A DNA stretch of 64,000 bases from Gemmatimonadales bacterium (GTDB taxonomy: Bacteria > Gemmatimonadota > Gemmatimonadetes > Gemmatimonadales > GWC2-71-9), in assembly GCA_035604455.1 (NCBI GenBank), contig DATNIM010000021.1, positions 1,730 through 65,729 on the forward strand, given 5' to 3'. Shown piece by piece: positions 36,083 to 45,738 of the stretch (within the stretch, counting starts at the first letter, position 1; each line of letters starts with the position of its first letter). The notes under the pieces were generated by a model. That model ran no database searches and was not told where the DNA came from. It saw nothing but the letters and a program-made list of their open reading frames with translations. Made by a program: the position numbers and the translations under genes.

Positions 36083-36171
36083 GAACTCTTCGTACTCCTG
36101 CTTCAACGAGCGCAGGGGCCGACCGATGACGCCCGGGGGCGCGCTCGGCGAGAGCGAGGGAGGGACGGCGC

Positions 36172-37050
36172 TCAGCACGGCTCGACGTGCACGAGTACCT
36201 CGTGCAGCTGCAGGTCCTGGCGGAGGCGGCCCTCGACCTGGTCGGCGATCGCGTGGGCGTCGGCGACGCTCGCGGTGCGGTCCACGGCGATCGTGACTTC
36301 GGCGTACCGGACCGGCGGGGCACCGCGCGAGCGAATGCCGTAGGCGTGGCGGACGCCGGTCACGGCCTCGGCACTGCGCTGGATCGTTGCGGGCGGCACC
36401 ACTCGTTCGTCGACGAGGACCGGGACGGCCCGCGCCAAGATCCCGTAGGCCACCCGCACGATCACGACGGCGACCGCGAGCGCCACGGCCGGGTCGGCCC
36501 ACCACCAGCCCTCGTGCGCGGCCCAGACGCCGAGCAGCACTCCGGCCGTGACGAGCGCGTCGGCTTGCATGTGGCCGGCGTCGGCGACGAGGAGCTCGCT
36601 CGACAAGGCCTGTCCCCGGACCCGCTCATACCACGACACCACGACGGTGACCCCCAGCGCCAACACCAGCAGTCCGGCCTGCACCGCGCTCATGGCGACC
36701 GGGTGGCCGCCATGGATGAGGTCGCTGACAGCGGTGCGGGCGAGCTCGAAGCAGCTGATGGAGAGGAAGCCGACGAGGGCTAGCGTGCCCAACGTCTCGA
36801 ACTTCCCGTGGCCGTAGGGGTGATCTTCGTCCGGCGCCTTCGCCGCCACGCGCACTACCACGAGGCCGAGCCCGTTGTTGAGCACGTCGACGGCCGAATC
36901 GAGCGCTCCGCCGAGTACGGCGAGCGACCCCGCCACAACCCCGACGACAAGCTTCGTGCCGACGACGGCCAGGTTCACGGCGAGCAGCATCAGCAGGACC
37001 CGCCGCACGGCGAGGGCCTGAGCTTGCGCGTCGGGCCGGGCTGGGGACAT
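36172..37050 (-). CDS. Cation diffusion facilitator family transporter
   Basis: Six TM helices. SLAVLGGALDSAVDVLNN (TM2 metal site), HMQADALVTAGV (TM5 HxxxD), and a C-terminal cytoplasmic domain. Confidence 0.9.
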   Translation of the reverse strand: MSPARPDAQAQALAVRRVLLMLLAVNLAVVGTKLVVGVVAGSLAVLGGALDSAVDVLNNGLGLVVVRVAAKAPDEDHPYGHGKFETLGTLALVGFLSISCFELARTAVSDLIHGGHPVAMSAVQAGLLVLALGVTVVVSWYERVRGQALSSELLVADAGHMQADALVTAGVLLGVWAAHEGWWWADPAVALAVAVVIVRVAYGILARAVPVLVDERVVPPATIQRSAEAVTGVRHAYGIRSRGAPPVRYAEVTIAVDRTASVADAHAIADQVEGRLRQDLQLHEVLVHVEPC

Positions 37051-37098
37051 TAGTGCAAGGTTGTAAACCGGTCCTGCGAAGTCAATCGCAGCGCCCGG

Positions 37099-38310
37099 TT
37101 AGTCCATCGCCGTGAGCAAAGCTCCCTTCAAATAGGCGGTCTCCGGGACGTTCAGGACCTCGGGGTGATCTGCGGCGGCGCCCGTCCAGGCGACCACGCG
37201 AAGCCGACGCCCGGCATCATGCGCGGCCGCCCCGAGAACCTCGCTGAACGCGGCCCGGGAGACGTGGTAGGAGCACGAACAGGTGAACAGGACCCCGCCC
37301 GGCCCGAGCAGGCGCATGGCCCGAAGGTTGATCTCCTTGTACCCGGCCAGCGCCCGCGGCAGGCTCGCCTTGGTCTTGGCGAACGCCGGAGGGTCGAGGA
37401 CGATCGTGTCGAAGCGCTCACCCTGGCGCTCAAACTGCCGTAGCAGGTCGAACGCATTGGCCTCCCGCCAGGCGATGTTGGTGAACCCGTTCAGCGCGGC
37501 GTTCTCCCCTCCGCGGGCGAGCGCCTCGACGCTCGAGTCCACCGCCAGGACCCGCCCTGCCCGCCGCGCCAAGTGCAGCGCGAAGGAGCCGTGGTAGGCG
37601 AAGAGATCAAGCGCCCGGCCGCCAAGCGCGGCGTGCGCCTCGACGAGCGCCCGATTGTCGCGTTGGTCGAGGAACCCGCCCGTTTTCTGCCCGGTCCAGG
37701 GCGCCACGAGGTAGCGCAACCCATGCTCGAGCGCCTCGATCGTCTCCGGGACGCTCCCGCTCGCGAGCGCGACCTCGAGCGGCAAGCGCTCGTGGCGGCG
37801 AATGGCCGCGTCGTTGCGGAGGAGTATGCCGGCGGGGGCGAGGGCCTCCTGTACGCCCGCGACCACGTCCGAGCGCAGCCGCTCGAGGCCGGCCGACAAG
37901 AGCTGGAGCACCACGTAGGGGCCGTAACGGTCGGCGATAAGCGACGGCAGCCCGTCACCTTCCGCGTAGACCGCGCGATACGCGGTGTCGGCGCCGACTG
38001 CCCGGCGCGCGAGCGCCGCCGCGACCCCCGCCCGCCACCACTCGGCGTCGATCCGCTCGCGGCCACGCGTGAGGAACCGAAGTCTGATCTCGGACTGGGG
38101 GGAGTAGAGCGCTTGACCGAGGTGGCGCCCGCGACGATCGGTCACCGTCACGAGGCCCGGCTCGCTCCGTGGCTCGGCGTAGACGTCGGTGCGGTAGACC
38201 CACGGGTGCCCTCCCGCCCAGCGCCCGGCTCCCCGCGCGGAGATGACGACGCGGCCCACACCGCGCGCGTCGGCCGCGTCCGAATCCGGCGCGACCTCGA
38301 GCACCGTCAT
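37099..38310 (-). CDS. PUA-domain SAM-dependent rRNA (cytosine-C5) methyltransferase, RlmI-like
   Basis: GHPWVYRTDV (PUA), QKTGGFLDQRDNR, ALDLFAYHGSFALH, VLDPPAFAK, TCSCS. Confidence 0.88.
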   Translation of the reverse strand: MTVLEVAPDSDAADARGVGRVVISARGAGRWAGGHPWVYRTDVYAEPRSEPGLVTVTDRRGRHLGQALYSPQSEIRLRFLTRGRERIDAEWWRAGVAAALARRAVGADTAYRAVYAEGDGLPSLIADRYGPYVVLQLLSAGLERLRSDVVAGVQEALAPAGILLRNDAAIRRHERLPLEVALASGSVPETIEALEHGLRYLVAPWTGQKTGGFLDQRDNRALVEAHAALGGRALDLFAYHGSFALHLARRAGRVLAVDSSVEALARGGENAALNGFTNIAWREANAFDLLRQFERQGERFDTIVLDPPAFAKTKASLPRALAGYKEINLRAMRLLGPGGVLFTCSCSYHVSRAAFSEVLGAAAHDAGRRLRVVAWTGAAADHPEVLNVPETAYLKGALLTAMD

Positions 38311-38675
38311 CCGCTCCGGTCCGGGCGTAACTGAACCGCGTCGCGCAGGTAGATATGTTTCAACTCTTGCGGCGCCCTCGTCGTGTAGACGTGGATGAGG
38401 AGGCGGATGCAGCGCGGCAGGCCGTTCGGGACCGCCACTTCGGTCGCCCCGAGGAGCGGCACGAGATGCCAGCCCAGCGCCCGGGCGGCTCGGGCCGGGT
38501 ACTCGGCCGTGAGGTCCGGGGAGGACGTGAAGAACACGCTCTCCACGTCATCCGGGGCGAAGCCGTTCGCGTCCTGCACGGCGCGGAGTAGCTCCTCAGT
38601 GGCCTCGAGAATCGCCTGAGGCGTGTTCGCCGTCGCCGTCGTCGCGCCGCGCAATCCACGCAGGATCTTGGTCAT
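38307..38675 (-). CDS. aroH: Chorismate mutase, AroH class
   Basis: LRGLRGATTATANTPQAILEATEELL...FFTSSPDLTAEYPARAAR...CIRLLIHVYT...IYLRDAVQLRPD closely parallels Bacillus subtilis AroH. Confidence 0.88.
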   Translation of the reverse strand: MTKILRGLRGATTATANTPQAILEATEELLRAVQDANGFAPDDVESVFFTSSPDLTAEYPARAARALGWHLVPLLGATEVAVPNGLPRCIRLLIHVYTTRAPQELKHIYLRDAVQLRPDRSG

Positions 38676-39333
38676 GTCTCTCGCAGATCAGTTGCGGTTG
38701 ATGGTGATCACGGACGCCGTGCTGCTCAAGGGCCGCGACGTCGTGGCCGAGTGCCGACGGGCCGTCGCGGGTGGCGCGACTGCTGTCCAGGTGCGCGCCC
38801 CGGATGCCACGCCCCGCGCCTTGATCGAGCTCACGCGGACGCTCGTGGCCGCCCTCCCCGTCCCGGTGCTCGTGAACGACCGCGTCGACGTCGCGCTTGT
38901 CGCGGAAGCCGCGGGCGCCCACCTGGGCCAAGGGGACGTGCCGCTCGGGGCGGTGCGGCCCTGGGTCCCGGCCGGTTTCACCTTGGGCCTCTCCGTCGGC
39001 TCAGACGGCGAGGCCGATCGGGCGCGGCACGCACCAGCCGACTACTGGAGCATCGGGCCGTGCTTTCCGACTGCGAGCAAGCCGGACGCTGGCCTCCCCC
39101 TCGGGCCCGAAGGGTTTGCGCGACTCCGCTCCTTAGCCCCGGCCGGTGTCCCCGTGATCGGGATCGGGGGCATCACCGCGGCCAATGCAGCGCTCGTGAC
39201 CCAGGCCGGCGCCGCGGGCGTCGCCGTGATCGCCGCGGTTTGGGGGCCTAGTGACCCGGCGAGAGCGGCGCGCGCTCTGCGGACCGCTGTTGCTTCACCG
39301 CGCGTATCGCCGCCTCATGCTGGGCCAGCGTGA
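38674..39333 (+). CDS. thiE: Thiamine-phosphate synthase
   Basis: LMVITD..., GGATAVQVR, VLVNDRVDVALVAEAAGAHLGQGD, IGPCFPTASK, VIGIGGIT. The ATG at 38674 overlaps the aroH start codon on the opposite strand. Confidence 0.88.
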   Translation: MSLADQLRLMVITDAVLLKGRDVVAECRRAVAGGATAVQVRAPDATPRALIELTRTLVAALPVPVLVNDRVDVALVAEAAGAHLGQGDVPLGAVRPWVPAGFTLGLSVGSDGEADRARHAPADYWSIGPCFPTASKPDAGLPLGPEGFARLRSLAPAGVPVIGIGGITAANAALVTQAGAAGVAVIAAVWGPSDPARAARALRTAVASPRVSPPHAGPA

Positions 39334-40240
39334 CCGAGAAAATATGCTTTCCGTCGGGCTGCGCGACGAAATACAAAAACGGCACGTCGGCGGGATACAG
39401 GGCCGCTGCCAAACTGGCCCGGCCCGGCTCGGCAATCGGGCCAGGCGGGAGTCCGGGGTGCAGGTAGGTGTTGTAGGGAGACTGCACACGGAGGTTGCTG
39501 TCCCAGACGCGCTTCAGGCGCCGGCCGTACGCGTAGAGAATCGTGGGGTCGGCTTCGAGCTTCATGCCGCGGGCGAGCCGGTTGTGGTAGACGGCCGACA
39601 CGAAGGCCCGGTCGGGATCATAGCGAACTTCAGCCTCGACGATCGACGCCAGCGTCACGAGCTCGTGGCGGGTCATGTGGAGACTGTCGAGGCGCGCGTC
39701 CCAGCCTGGCTGCCACTCGGCCACAAACTCGCGCGTCATGATCCGCAGCAGGTCGCGCGCCCCGACGTGCACCGGTAGGAGGTAGGTCGTAGGGTAGAGG
39801 TACCCGTCCACCGACGTTTGGGACGGCAACCCGAGCTCGCGCACGAGGGCAGGGTCCCGCACGGCCGTGCGCAGGGATTCCGCAGGCACTCCGAGCTCCT
39901 GCTCCGCGAGCGCCGCCACCTCAGGGAGCATGAGCCCTTCGGGCACGGTCCAGCGCACCTCGGCTCCGCGACCGCGCGCGAGGGCCGCCACGACGTCCCG
40001 CCATGGGGCATCCCGGCGCAGCTCGTACTCGCCGCTCTTCAGCACCCCACGCAGCCCTACGAGGCGAGCGTACACGCGGAATGGAAACTCGTCCACGACT
40101 CCGTGCGCGACGAGGGAATCCACCGCCGCGTCGAGCGTCGCGCCGGGAGGGATCGTGACCGCTTCCCGTGCGGCACCGTCTCGCGCCTGTCCGCAGCCAA
40201 CGGCGAGCCCCGCCAAGAGCGCGAGGGCGCCCCGGGTCAT
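39248..40240 (-). CDS. mltG: Endolytic murein transglycosylase MltG (YceG-like)
   Basis: Lipoprotein-like MTRGALALLAGLAVGCGQ. LASIVEAEV, YHNRLARGMKLEADPT, SPYNTYLHPGLPPGPI. ATG 40240 gives an ATGA overlap with the ruvX stop. Confidence 0.88.
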   Translation of the reverse strand: MTRGALALLAGLAVGCGQARDGAAREAVTIPPGATLDAAVDSLVAHGVVDEFPFRVYARLVGLRGVLKSGEYELRRDAPWRDVVAALARGRGAEVRWTVPEGLMLPEVAALAEQELGVPAESLRTAVRDPALVRELGLPSQTSVDGYLYPTTYLLPVHVGARDLLRIMTREFVAEWQPGWDARLDSLHMTRHELVTLASIVEAEVRYDPDRAFVSAVYHNRLARGMKLEADPTILYAYGRRLKRVWDSNLRVQSPYNTYLHPGLPPGPIAEPGRASLAAALYPADVPFLYFVAQPDGKHIFSVTLAQHEAAIRAVKQQRSAERAPLSPGH

Positions 40241-40758
40241 TGCGCCGACCCGCGGCGCGCGTCGAGGTATTGCTGGAGCAGGAGCGTCGCCGCGAGCGCG
40301 TCGAGTTCGGCCTTCCGGCCGACGGTCCCACCGCCCATTTCCCGAACGGCCGCGAGCACCCGGGCCGTGGTGAACCGCTCGTCCCACAACGCCGCTGGGA
40401 GGTTGGTCCGCCGCGCGATGGCGCTTGCCAGCGCCCGGGCTTCGTGCGCCGCTGGGCCCTCGTCGCCCGCCGCCGTGAGGGGAAGACCGACGACGACACC
40501 CGTGGCCGAATGCTCGTGGAGCAAGGCGAGGAGGGGGCGCATCGGCACCCGCTTGCCGGCGCGCCGCACGAGCGTCGCTACCGGCTGGGCGAGAATTTGC
40601 GCTTCGTCCGACCGCGCGACCCCGATCCGCCGCTCGCCCCAGTCGATGCCAATCAACCGGCCCGTCCGCGGCGGCTCTGCCGGCGGCGAACCCAGATCCG
40701 AGGGGTGGTCAGTGGGGGTGTGGTCGCGGACGGTCCTATGGGACCCGGGCGGCCCCAT
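40237..40758 (-). CDS. ruvX: Putative pre-16S rRNA nuclease / Holliday junction resolvase-like RuvX (YqgF)
   Basis: LIGIDWGERRIGVARSD..., VVVGLPL, WDERFTT, DALAATLLLQQYL. ATG 40758 overlaps the rho stop by 1 nt. Alternative TTG at 40656. Confidence 0.85.
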   Translation of the reverse strand: MGPPGSHRTVRDHTPTDHPSDLGSPPAEPPRTGRLIGIDWGERRIGVARSDEAQILAQPVATLVRRAGKRVPMRPLLALLHEHSATGVVVGLPLTAAGDEGPAAHEARALASAIARRTNLPAALWDERFTTARVLAAVREMGGGTVGRKAELDALAATLLLQQYLDARRGSAQ

Positions 40759-42032
40759 CACCCTTGGGACATGGTCGCGAAGAACTCGACGTTGGTCTTG
40801 GTGCGCTTCATGCGCTCGAGGAGAAACTCGATCGCCTCGACGGGCGGCATGTCGGCGAGGAAGTTGCGGAGCAGGTACACTTTGTTGAGTTCTTCCTTGG
40901 CGAGGAGCAGCTCTTCCTTACGCGTCGACGAGCGCTGGACGTCGATCGCGGGGTAGACCCGCCGGTCCGCGATGCGCCGGTCGAGCACGACCTCCATGTT
41001 CCCCGTGCCTTTGAACTCCTCGAAGATGACCTCGTCCATCCGCGAGCCGGTGTCGATCAGCGCCGTGGCAATGATGGTCAGCGATCCGCCGCCCTCGATG
41101 TTCCGAGCGGCGCCGAAGAATCGCTTGGGTTTCTGGAGGGCGTTGGCGTCCACGCCGCCCGAGAGGATCTTGCCCGAGTGGGGCACCACGACGTTGTGCG
41201 CGCGGCCGAGCCGCGTGATGGAATCGAGCAGGATGACGACGTCCTTTCCGTGCTCGACCATGCGCTTCGCCTTTTCGATCACCATATCGGCCACCTGGAC
41301 GTGCCGGTCGGCCGGCTCGTCGAACGTGGACGAGATGACCTCGGCGCCCTTGACGTTCTCCTCCATGTCGGTGACTTCTTCAGGGCGCTCGTCGATGAGA
41401 AGGACGATCAGGTAGATCTCGGGGTGGTTTTCGATAATCGAGTTGGCGAGCTTCTGCATCAGGATCGTTTTGCCCGCCTTCGGCGGTGACACGATCAGGC
41501 CGCGCTGTCCTTTGCCGATGGGACAGAGGATGTCCATGACGCGCATGGACAAATCCCCGTCCTTGCGCTCCAAGCGAATAAGCGACTCGGGGTAGCGAGG
41601 CCGCAGGTTGTCGAAGGCGACTCGGTGCTTGGCCTTCTCGGGCTCGTCCCCGTTGACGACCTCGACCTTGAGCAGCGCGAGGTAGCGTTCGCCCTCCTTC
41701 GGCGGGCGCACCTGCCCCATGATCGTGTCGCCCGTACGGAGGTCGAACCGCTTGATCTGGCTCGGGGAGACGTAGATGTCGTCCGGGCCGTACAAGTAGT
41801 TCCAGTCGGGGCTGCGCAGGAACCCGTAGCCCTCTGGGAGTATCTCGAGGACGCCCTCGCCCCGCAGCACCGTGTCCGAGTCGAGCAGCGACTGCTCGAT
41901 GCGGAAGATCAGGTCCTGCTTGCGGAGGCCCGAGTAGTTGGTGATGTTGAGAGTTTCGGCCATCGCGTGCAGTTCCGCGACGGACTTCCTCTTGAGTTCC
42001 GCGATGTCCACGTGGGTGTTGGCTCCGATCAA
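40758..42032 (-). CDS. rho: Transcription termination factor Rho
   Basis: [14 protein letters not shown] (cold-shock-like RNA-binding domain), [15 protein letters not shown] (Walker A), [22 protein letters not shown]. Start is TTG 42032 or GTG 42011. Confidence 0.97.
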   Translation of the reverse strand: MIGANTHVDIAELKRKSVAELHAMAETLNITNYSGLRKQDLIFRIEQSLLDSDTVLRGEGVLEILPEGYGFLRSPDWNYLYGPDDIYVSPSQIKRFDLRTGDTIMGQVRPPKEGERYLALLKVEVVNGDEPEKAKHRVAFDNLRPRYPESLIRLERKDGDLSMRVMDILCPIGKGQRGLIVSPPKAGKTILMQKLANSIIENHPEIYLIVLLIDERPEEVTDMEENVKGAEVISSTFDEPADRHVQVADMVIEKAKRMVEHGKDVVILLDSITRLGRAHNVVVPHSGKILSGGVDANALQKPKRFFGAARNIEGGGSLTIIATALIDTGSRMDEVIFEEFKGTGNMEVVLDRRIADRRVYPAIDVQRSSTRKEELLLAKEELNKVYLLRNFLADMPPVEAIEFLLERMKRTKTNVEFFATMSQG

Positions 42033-42147
42033 GCTACGGCGAGCGGACCCCGGTCCGGGGGATTGATGGCGTCGAAGTGAGAACTAGGGAATGTGCAGAG
42101 GTGCGAGCGTATAGTAGGTCTCGCCGTACCCTGAGTCAAGAGCGCGC

Positions 42148-43254
42148 GTGCCGCTAACGGAGTTCCTGATCGCGTGGCGCACGACCGCCCTGCATGACCG
42201 CGAAGTAGTTGACGCGCTTGTACATCCGGCGCACGCGGCGCCCTCCCCAGGGCTCCGCGCCGCGCTCGCCGGTTTTCGCGGCCGGTTCTACTGGTCGAAC
42301 GAACCGGACGGGCGGCACCTCGTGCTCACCCGGCCCTTCCCGCGCCGGCCGGAGCGGTGGGCCTTGCACGTCGCGTTGTTCCTCGCGACGCTCGCCACGA
42401 CGACGTTCGCGGGGGGCGTTCTGGTTGGCACGATTCCCTATGACAATCCGCTCGATCTCCTGAGCGGTACCTACCCGCTGCCTCACCCGCTTCTGCCCGC
42501 CTGGGCGGCGGGACTCGCCTTTTCGCTGCCGCTCCTCGCCGTGCTGCTCTGCCACGAGCTCGGGCACTACGTCACCGCGCGCTGGTACGCCCTCGACGTG
42601 TCGCCGCCATACTTCATCCCCGTTCCCCTGGTCCCGTCGTTCATCGGCACCATGGGCGCCTTCATCCGACTCCGCACCCTGCTCGCCGACCGCCGTCAGC
42701 TCTTCGACGTGGGTGCCGCGGGGCCGCTCGCTGGGTTTGCGGTGGCGCTGCCGCTGCTGTGGATCGGACTCGCCCGGAGCCACCCTCTGCCTGGTCACGG
42801 AGAGTTCGGGGGCATGCTCGTGGCGATCGGGGGTGATACGATCGGCTTGGGCGATTCTCTCGTCACGCTCGTCGTCCGACGCCTGGCGCTCGGGCCGACC
42901 GGCGCGGTGCTCATCGGGCCGCTCGCCTTCGCGGGTTGGGTGGGGATGCTCGTGACGATGCTCAATCTCCTGCCGATCTCCCAGCTCGACGGGGGTCACG
43001 TGCTCTACGCCGCGCTCCCGCGTTGGCACGGCCGGATCGCGTTTGCGTTCTGGGTCGCGATTATCGCGTTGGGATGGTGGTGGCGGGGCTGGCTCGTGTG
43101 GGGCGTGATCGTCCTCGCGTTGTCGCGGGGTCGCCTGACGCACCCGCCAGTGCTCGACGCCGTGCGCCCGCTGCCCTCGTCGCGCCGGTGGTCTGCGATC
43201 GCGACGCTCGTGCTGTTCGGGGTGACGTTCGCGCCGGTGCCGTTCCGCCTCTAG
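42148..43254 (+). CDS. Site-2 protease family (M50) membrane metalloprotease
   Basis: HELGHY zinc motif in a TM helix, later NLLPISQLDGGH, multiple TM segments. Confidence 0.85.
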   Translation: MPLTEFLIAWRTTALHDREVVDALVHPAHAAPSPGLRAALAGFRGRFYWSNEPDGRHLVLTRPFPRRPERWALHVALFLATLATTTFAGGVLVGTIPYDNPLDLLSGTYPLPHPLLPAWAAGLAFSLPLLAVLLCHELGHYVTARWYALDVSPPYFIPVPLVPSFIGTMGAFIRLRTLLADRRQLFDVGAAGPLAGFAVALPLLWIGLARSHPLPGHGEFGGMLVAIGGDTIGLGDSLVTLVVRRLALGPTGAVLIGPLAFAGWVGMLVTMLNLLPISQLDGGHVLYAALPRWHGRIAFAFWVAIIALGWWWRGWLVWGVIVLALSRGRLTHPPVLDAVRPLPSSRRWSAIATLVLFGVTFAPVPFRL

Positions 43255-43347
43255 CGCACCCGCGCCGGGCGCACACCGCGCCCGTACCGCCGATATTGCG
43301 TAAGTGAGCCAGCCTTTTATCTTTACGCAAACCAGCCCAGGCGCCGC

Positions 43348-43632
43348 ATGCCCGGACAACCGGCCCGATATTCAAGCTCCGCCCCTGGCGAAGCCGTTGC
43401 CCACGATCTTCCTCCGATTCGCTTCGATGGCCAGCTCATCCCCATACGTCTCTTCGTCCGGCGCACCGAGGACGGGATTTGGCGCGGGCATATCCGCTAC
43501 GGCGCGCCCGACACGGAGGGCGAGCGCTCGACGGCGGAGATCTTCTGCGCGATGTCTGAGCCGGATCTCTGGCAAGCGGTGCGGGATCTGCGGGACCACC
43601 ACTTGCGCGACCTTTATCGGTCCCTGCTGTGA
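43348..43632 (+). CDS. Hypothetical protein (94 aa)
   Basis: Reasonable G/C third-position bias. GTGA overlap with the downstream DHp-only ORF. No family recognised. Confidence 0.45.
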   Translation: MPGQPARYSSSAPGEAVAHDLPPIRFDGQLIPIRLFVRRTEDGIWRGHIRYGAPDTEGERSTAEIFCAMSEPDLWQAVRDLRDHHLRDLYRSLL

Positions 43633-43841
43633 CGGATCTCCCCGCAGATAGCGCGCCAGAGGTCACGGCGGCGATCCGGAAGCTGCGCCACGACCTGTCG
43701 AATCCGCTGGCTGCCGTGCTCGCCGAAGCTCAGCTCATCCTCCTGACCGCCGACGCGCTCGACGCCGAAACTGTCTCGGGCGTGAAACAGATCGAGGCGC
43801 TCGCGCGCAAGATGCGCGACATCCTCGAGCAGGTGGGGTAG
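43629..43841 (+). CDS. Stand-alone HisKA/DHp-like domain protein (70 aa)
   Basis: H-box-like IRKLRHDLSNPLAAVLAEAQLILL followed by a second helix VKQIEALARKMRDILEQV. No ATPase domain. Confidence 0.55.
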   Translation: MTDLPADSAPEVTAAIRKLRHDLSNPLAAVLAEAQLILLTADALDAETVSGVKQIEALARKMRDILEQVG

Positions 43842-43883
43842 CGCCCGCCATCGCCTGGGCTCGCCGACGGGCGGCTCTTGGCG

Positions 43884-45698
43884 TCAGCCGCCCGGTGTCC
43901 CTTCCGGCGCCGCGTCGGCCCGAGCGCCGTTCCAGAAGTACAGCGCGAGCAGGAAGCCGCTTGCCGTCCCGGTGGCGTATTTCACGGCGGCGGGTGCGTC
44001 ACTCGCCGACAACAGGCCCTCGATCGTGCCGGCCAGGGCGAGGAGAGTCACCACCGCGCCCATCATCCGTGCGGCCACCCGCCCTTCGATCACCAGCGCG
44101 TCACGACGCGTGCGCTCCCCCGGGGTGAGGATCGCGCCAGCCACCCGGAACCCGGCGGCGGCTGAAATGCAGATCGCCGTGAGCTCGAGTACGCCGTGGC
44201 CCGCGACGAACGTGGCGAGGTAGCGCGCGGCGTGGTAGTTCGCGAAGAGGCCGAAACCCATCCCGAGCTCGAGTCCGTTCTGTATGAGCAGCCAAACGGT
44301 GAGCGTGCCCGCGAGCACCCCGCCCACGAACGCCCAGAACGATACGAGCGCGTTGTTCCCGATGATCGCCGCCGCGATGAGGGGCAGCTCGCGTTCGGGT
44401 GCCTGCGCGTAGCCGATGCCGCGCCGTTGATTCTCGGCCGCTTCAGCCGCGCGGCTCACCATGAGCGGCATCAGCTCGTCCCCGAGCGTCGGTCGCGCGC
44501 GGATCATCGCGTAGCCGACAGCGGTCGGCACGCCGAGCAAGAGGGCCGCCGCCAGCACGTACCGGCGCGACGCCACGACCGCGGCCGGGAAGTCGCGCAG
44601 CAGGTAGCGCGCGACCGGGGTGCGCGCCTCGCCCCGGGCTCGATAGAGCGCGTTGTGCCCCGCACTGGTCACCCGTTCGAGGTATTCGATGACTGCCGGG
44701 TCGACCCGGTAGGTGTGTGCGCGCGCGAGATCGGCCGCGATTTCCCGATAACGTGCCGCGAACCGGAGCACCTCATCGGGTGAAAGGGCCGCGACCCCGC
44801 GGCGCTCGAGACGGGTAGCGACGTCGTGGAATTCCTGCCAGCTCGCGCGTTTGCCCGCCACGAAGCGCTCCGCCGTGACCGCGGTGCGGCCCGCGCCGGC
44901 CGCCGCACTGGTCGCGAAGCGCCCCCCCCGCCGGGCCAGTTCGGCCGCGTGCAACTCGGCCAGGGCCGCGACTGGATCGGTGGTTGGGTCGCGCAGAACC
45001 ACGCCCAACCGCTGGACCAGCTCCGCCGCCAGACGTCGCTCGACCGTCGGGTCGAGGTCGCCCGCCCGGGCGAGGAAACGATCGAGGAGTCGGAAGGCGG
45101 CCGCCGGAAGCTCGGGCGGGCCCTCCGCACGGGGGGCGTCAGCCCTGGCCGTCGCCGCGGGGCTCCACGTGCCGACCCGGTCGCGGACCACCACCGTGCC
45201 CGCCACGAGATCACCGAGTCGCTGATGGCGCGGGTGGAGGAAAATCATGGCGAGCCCTGGGAGTGCAGGAGCCAAGGGGAAGTAGCAATCGACGAGCCGA
45301 CACAGATTCCGCGTCACGGCCGCCCCGGCGGTGATGGGGTGCCCCGTGTCGAGTACGACGCGGATCCCGAGCAGCTCCTTCCCCCAGGTGCGCCCGCCGT
45401 GCAGGGCCTCGAAGAGTGTGAAATAGAGGAGAAGCGCAAAGGCGTTGAGGAGGCCAAGCAGCGCCAGGACCCAGGTCGAAAGCGAGGCGAAGTGAGAGAT
45501 CCCGAGGAGGAACGCCCCGACCACGACGAGCGCCGTACCGCCCACGGTGGCGACGACCGTGTCGAACAGGGCCGCCGCCGTTCGCGACCCGAGCCCGGCG
45601 AGCTCGAGGCGCAGGGCGACGTGCTCGGGCGTTTCGATGCCAAGGTGCTCGCGCAGCGTGATGTCCGTGCTGGTTTGCTCTCGCGCTGCGGGGCTCAC
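43884..45698 (-). CDS. Fusion of an RDD-family membrane domain and a SpoIIM-like (stage II sporulation protein M) membrane domain
   Basis: N-terminus: LELAGLGSRTAAALFDTVV...RHQRLGDLVAGTVVV (RDD). C-terminus: IIGNNALVSFWAFVGGVLAGTLTVWLLIQNGLELG...GHGVLELTAICISAAAG (SpoIIM). Confidence 0.8.
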   Translation of the reverse strand: MSPAAREQTSTDITLREHLGIETPEHVALRLELAGLGSRTAAALFDTVVATVGGTALVVVGAFLLGISHFASLSTWVLALLGLLNAFALLLYFTLFEALHGGRTWGKELLGIRVVLDTGHPITAGAAVTRNLCRLVDCYFPLAPALPGLAMIFLHPRHQRLGDLVAGTVVVRDRVGTWSPAATARADAPRAEGPPELPAAAFRLLDRFLARAGDLDPTVERRLAAELVQRLGVVLRDPTTDPVAALAELHAAELARRGGRFATSAAAGAGRTAVTAERFVAGKRASWQEFHDVATRLERRGVAALSPDEVLRFAARYREIAADLARAHTYRVDPAVIEYLERVTSAGHNALYRARGEARTPVARYLLRDFPAAVVASRRYVLAAALLLGVPTAVGYAMIRARPTLGDELMPLMVSRAAEAAENQRRGIGYAQAPERELPLIAAAIIGNNALVSFWAFVGGVLAGTLTVWLLIQNGLELGMGFGLFANYHAARYLATFVAGHGVLELTAICISAAAGFRVAGAILTPGERTRRDALVIEGRVAARMMGAVVTLLALAGTIEGLLSASDAPAAVKYATGTASGFLLALYFWNGARADAAPEGTPGG

Positions 45699-45738
45699 AC
45701 GGACATCTTACCGCGGCCCTCGTGGGGGAGCGAGTTGC

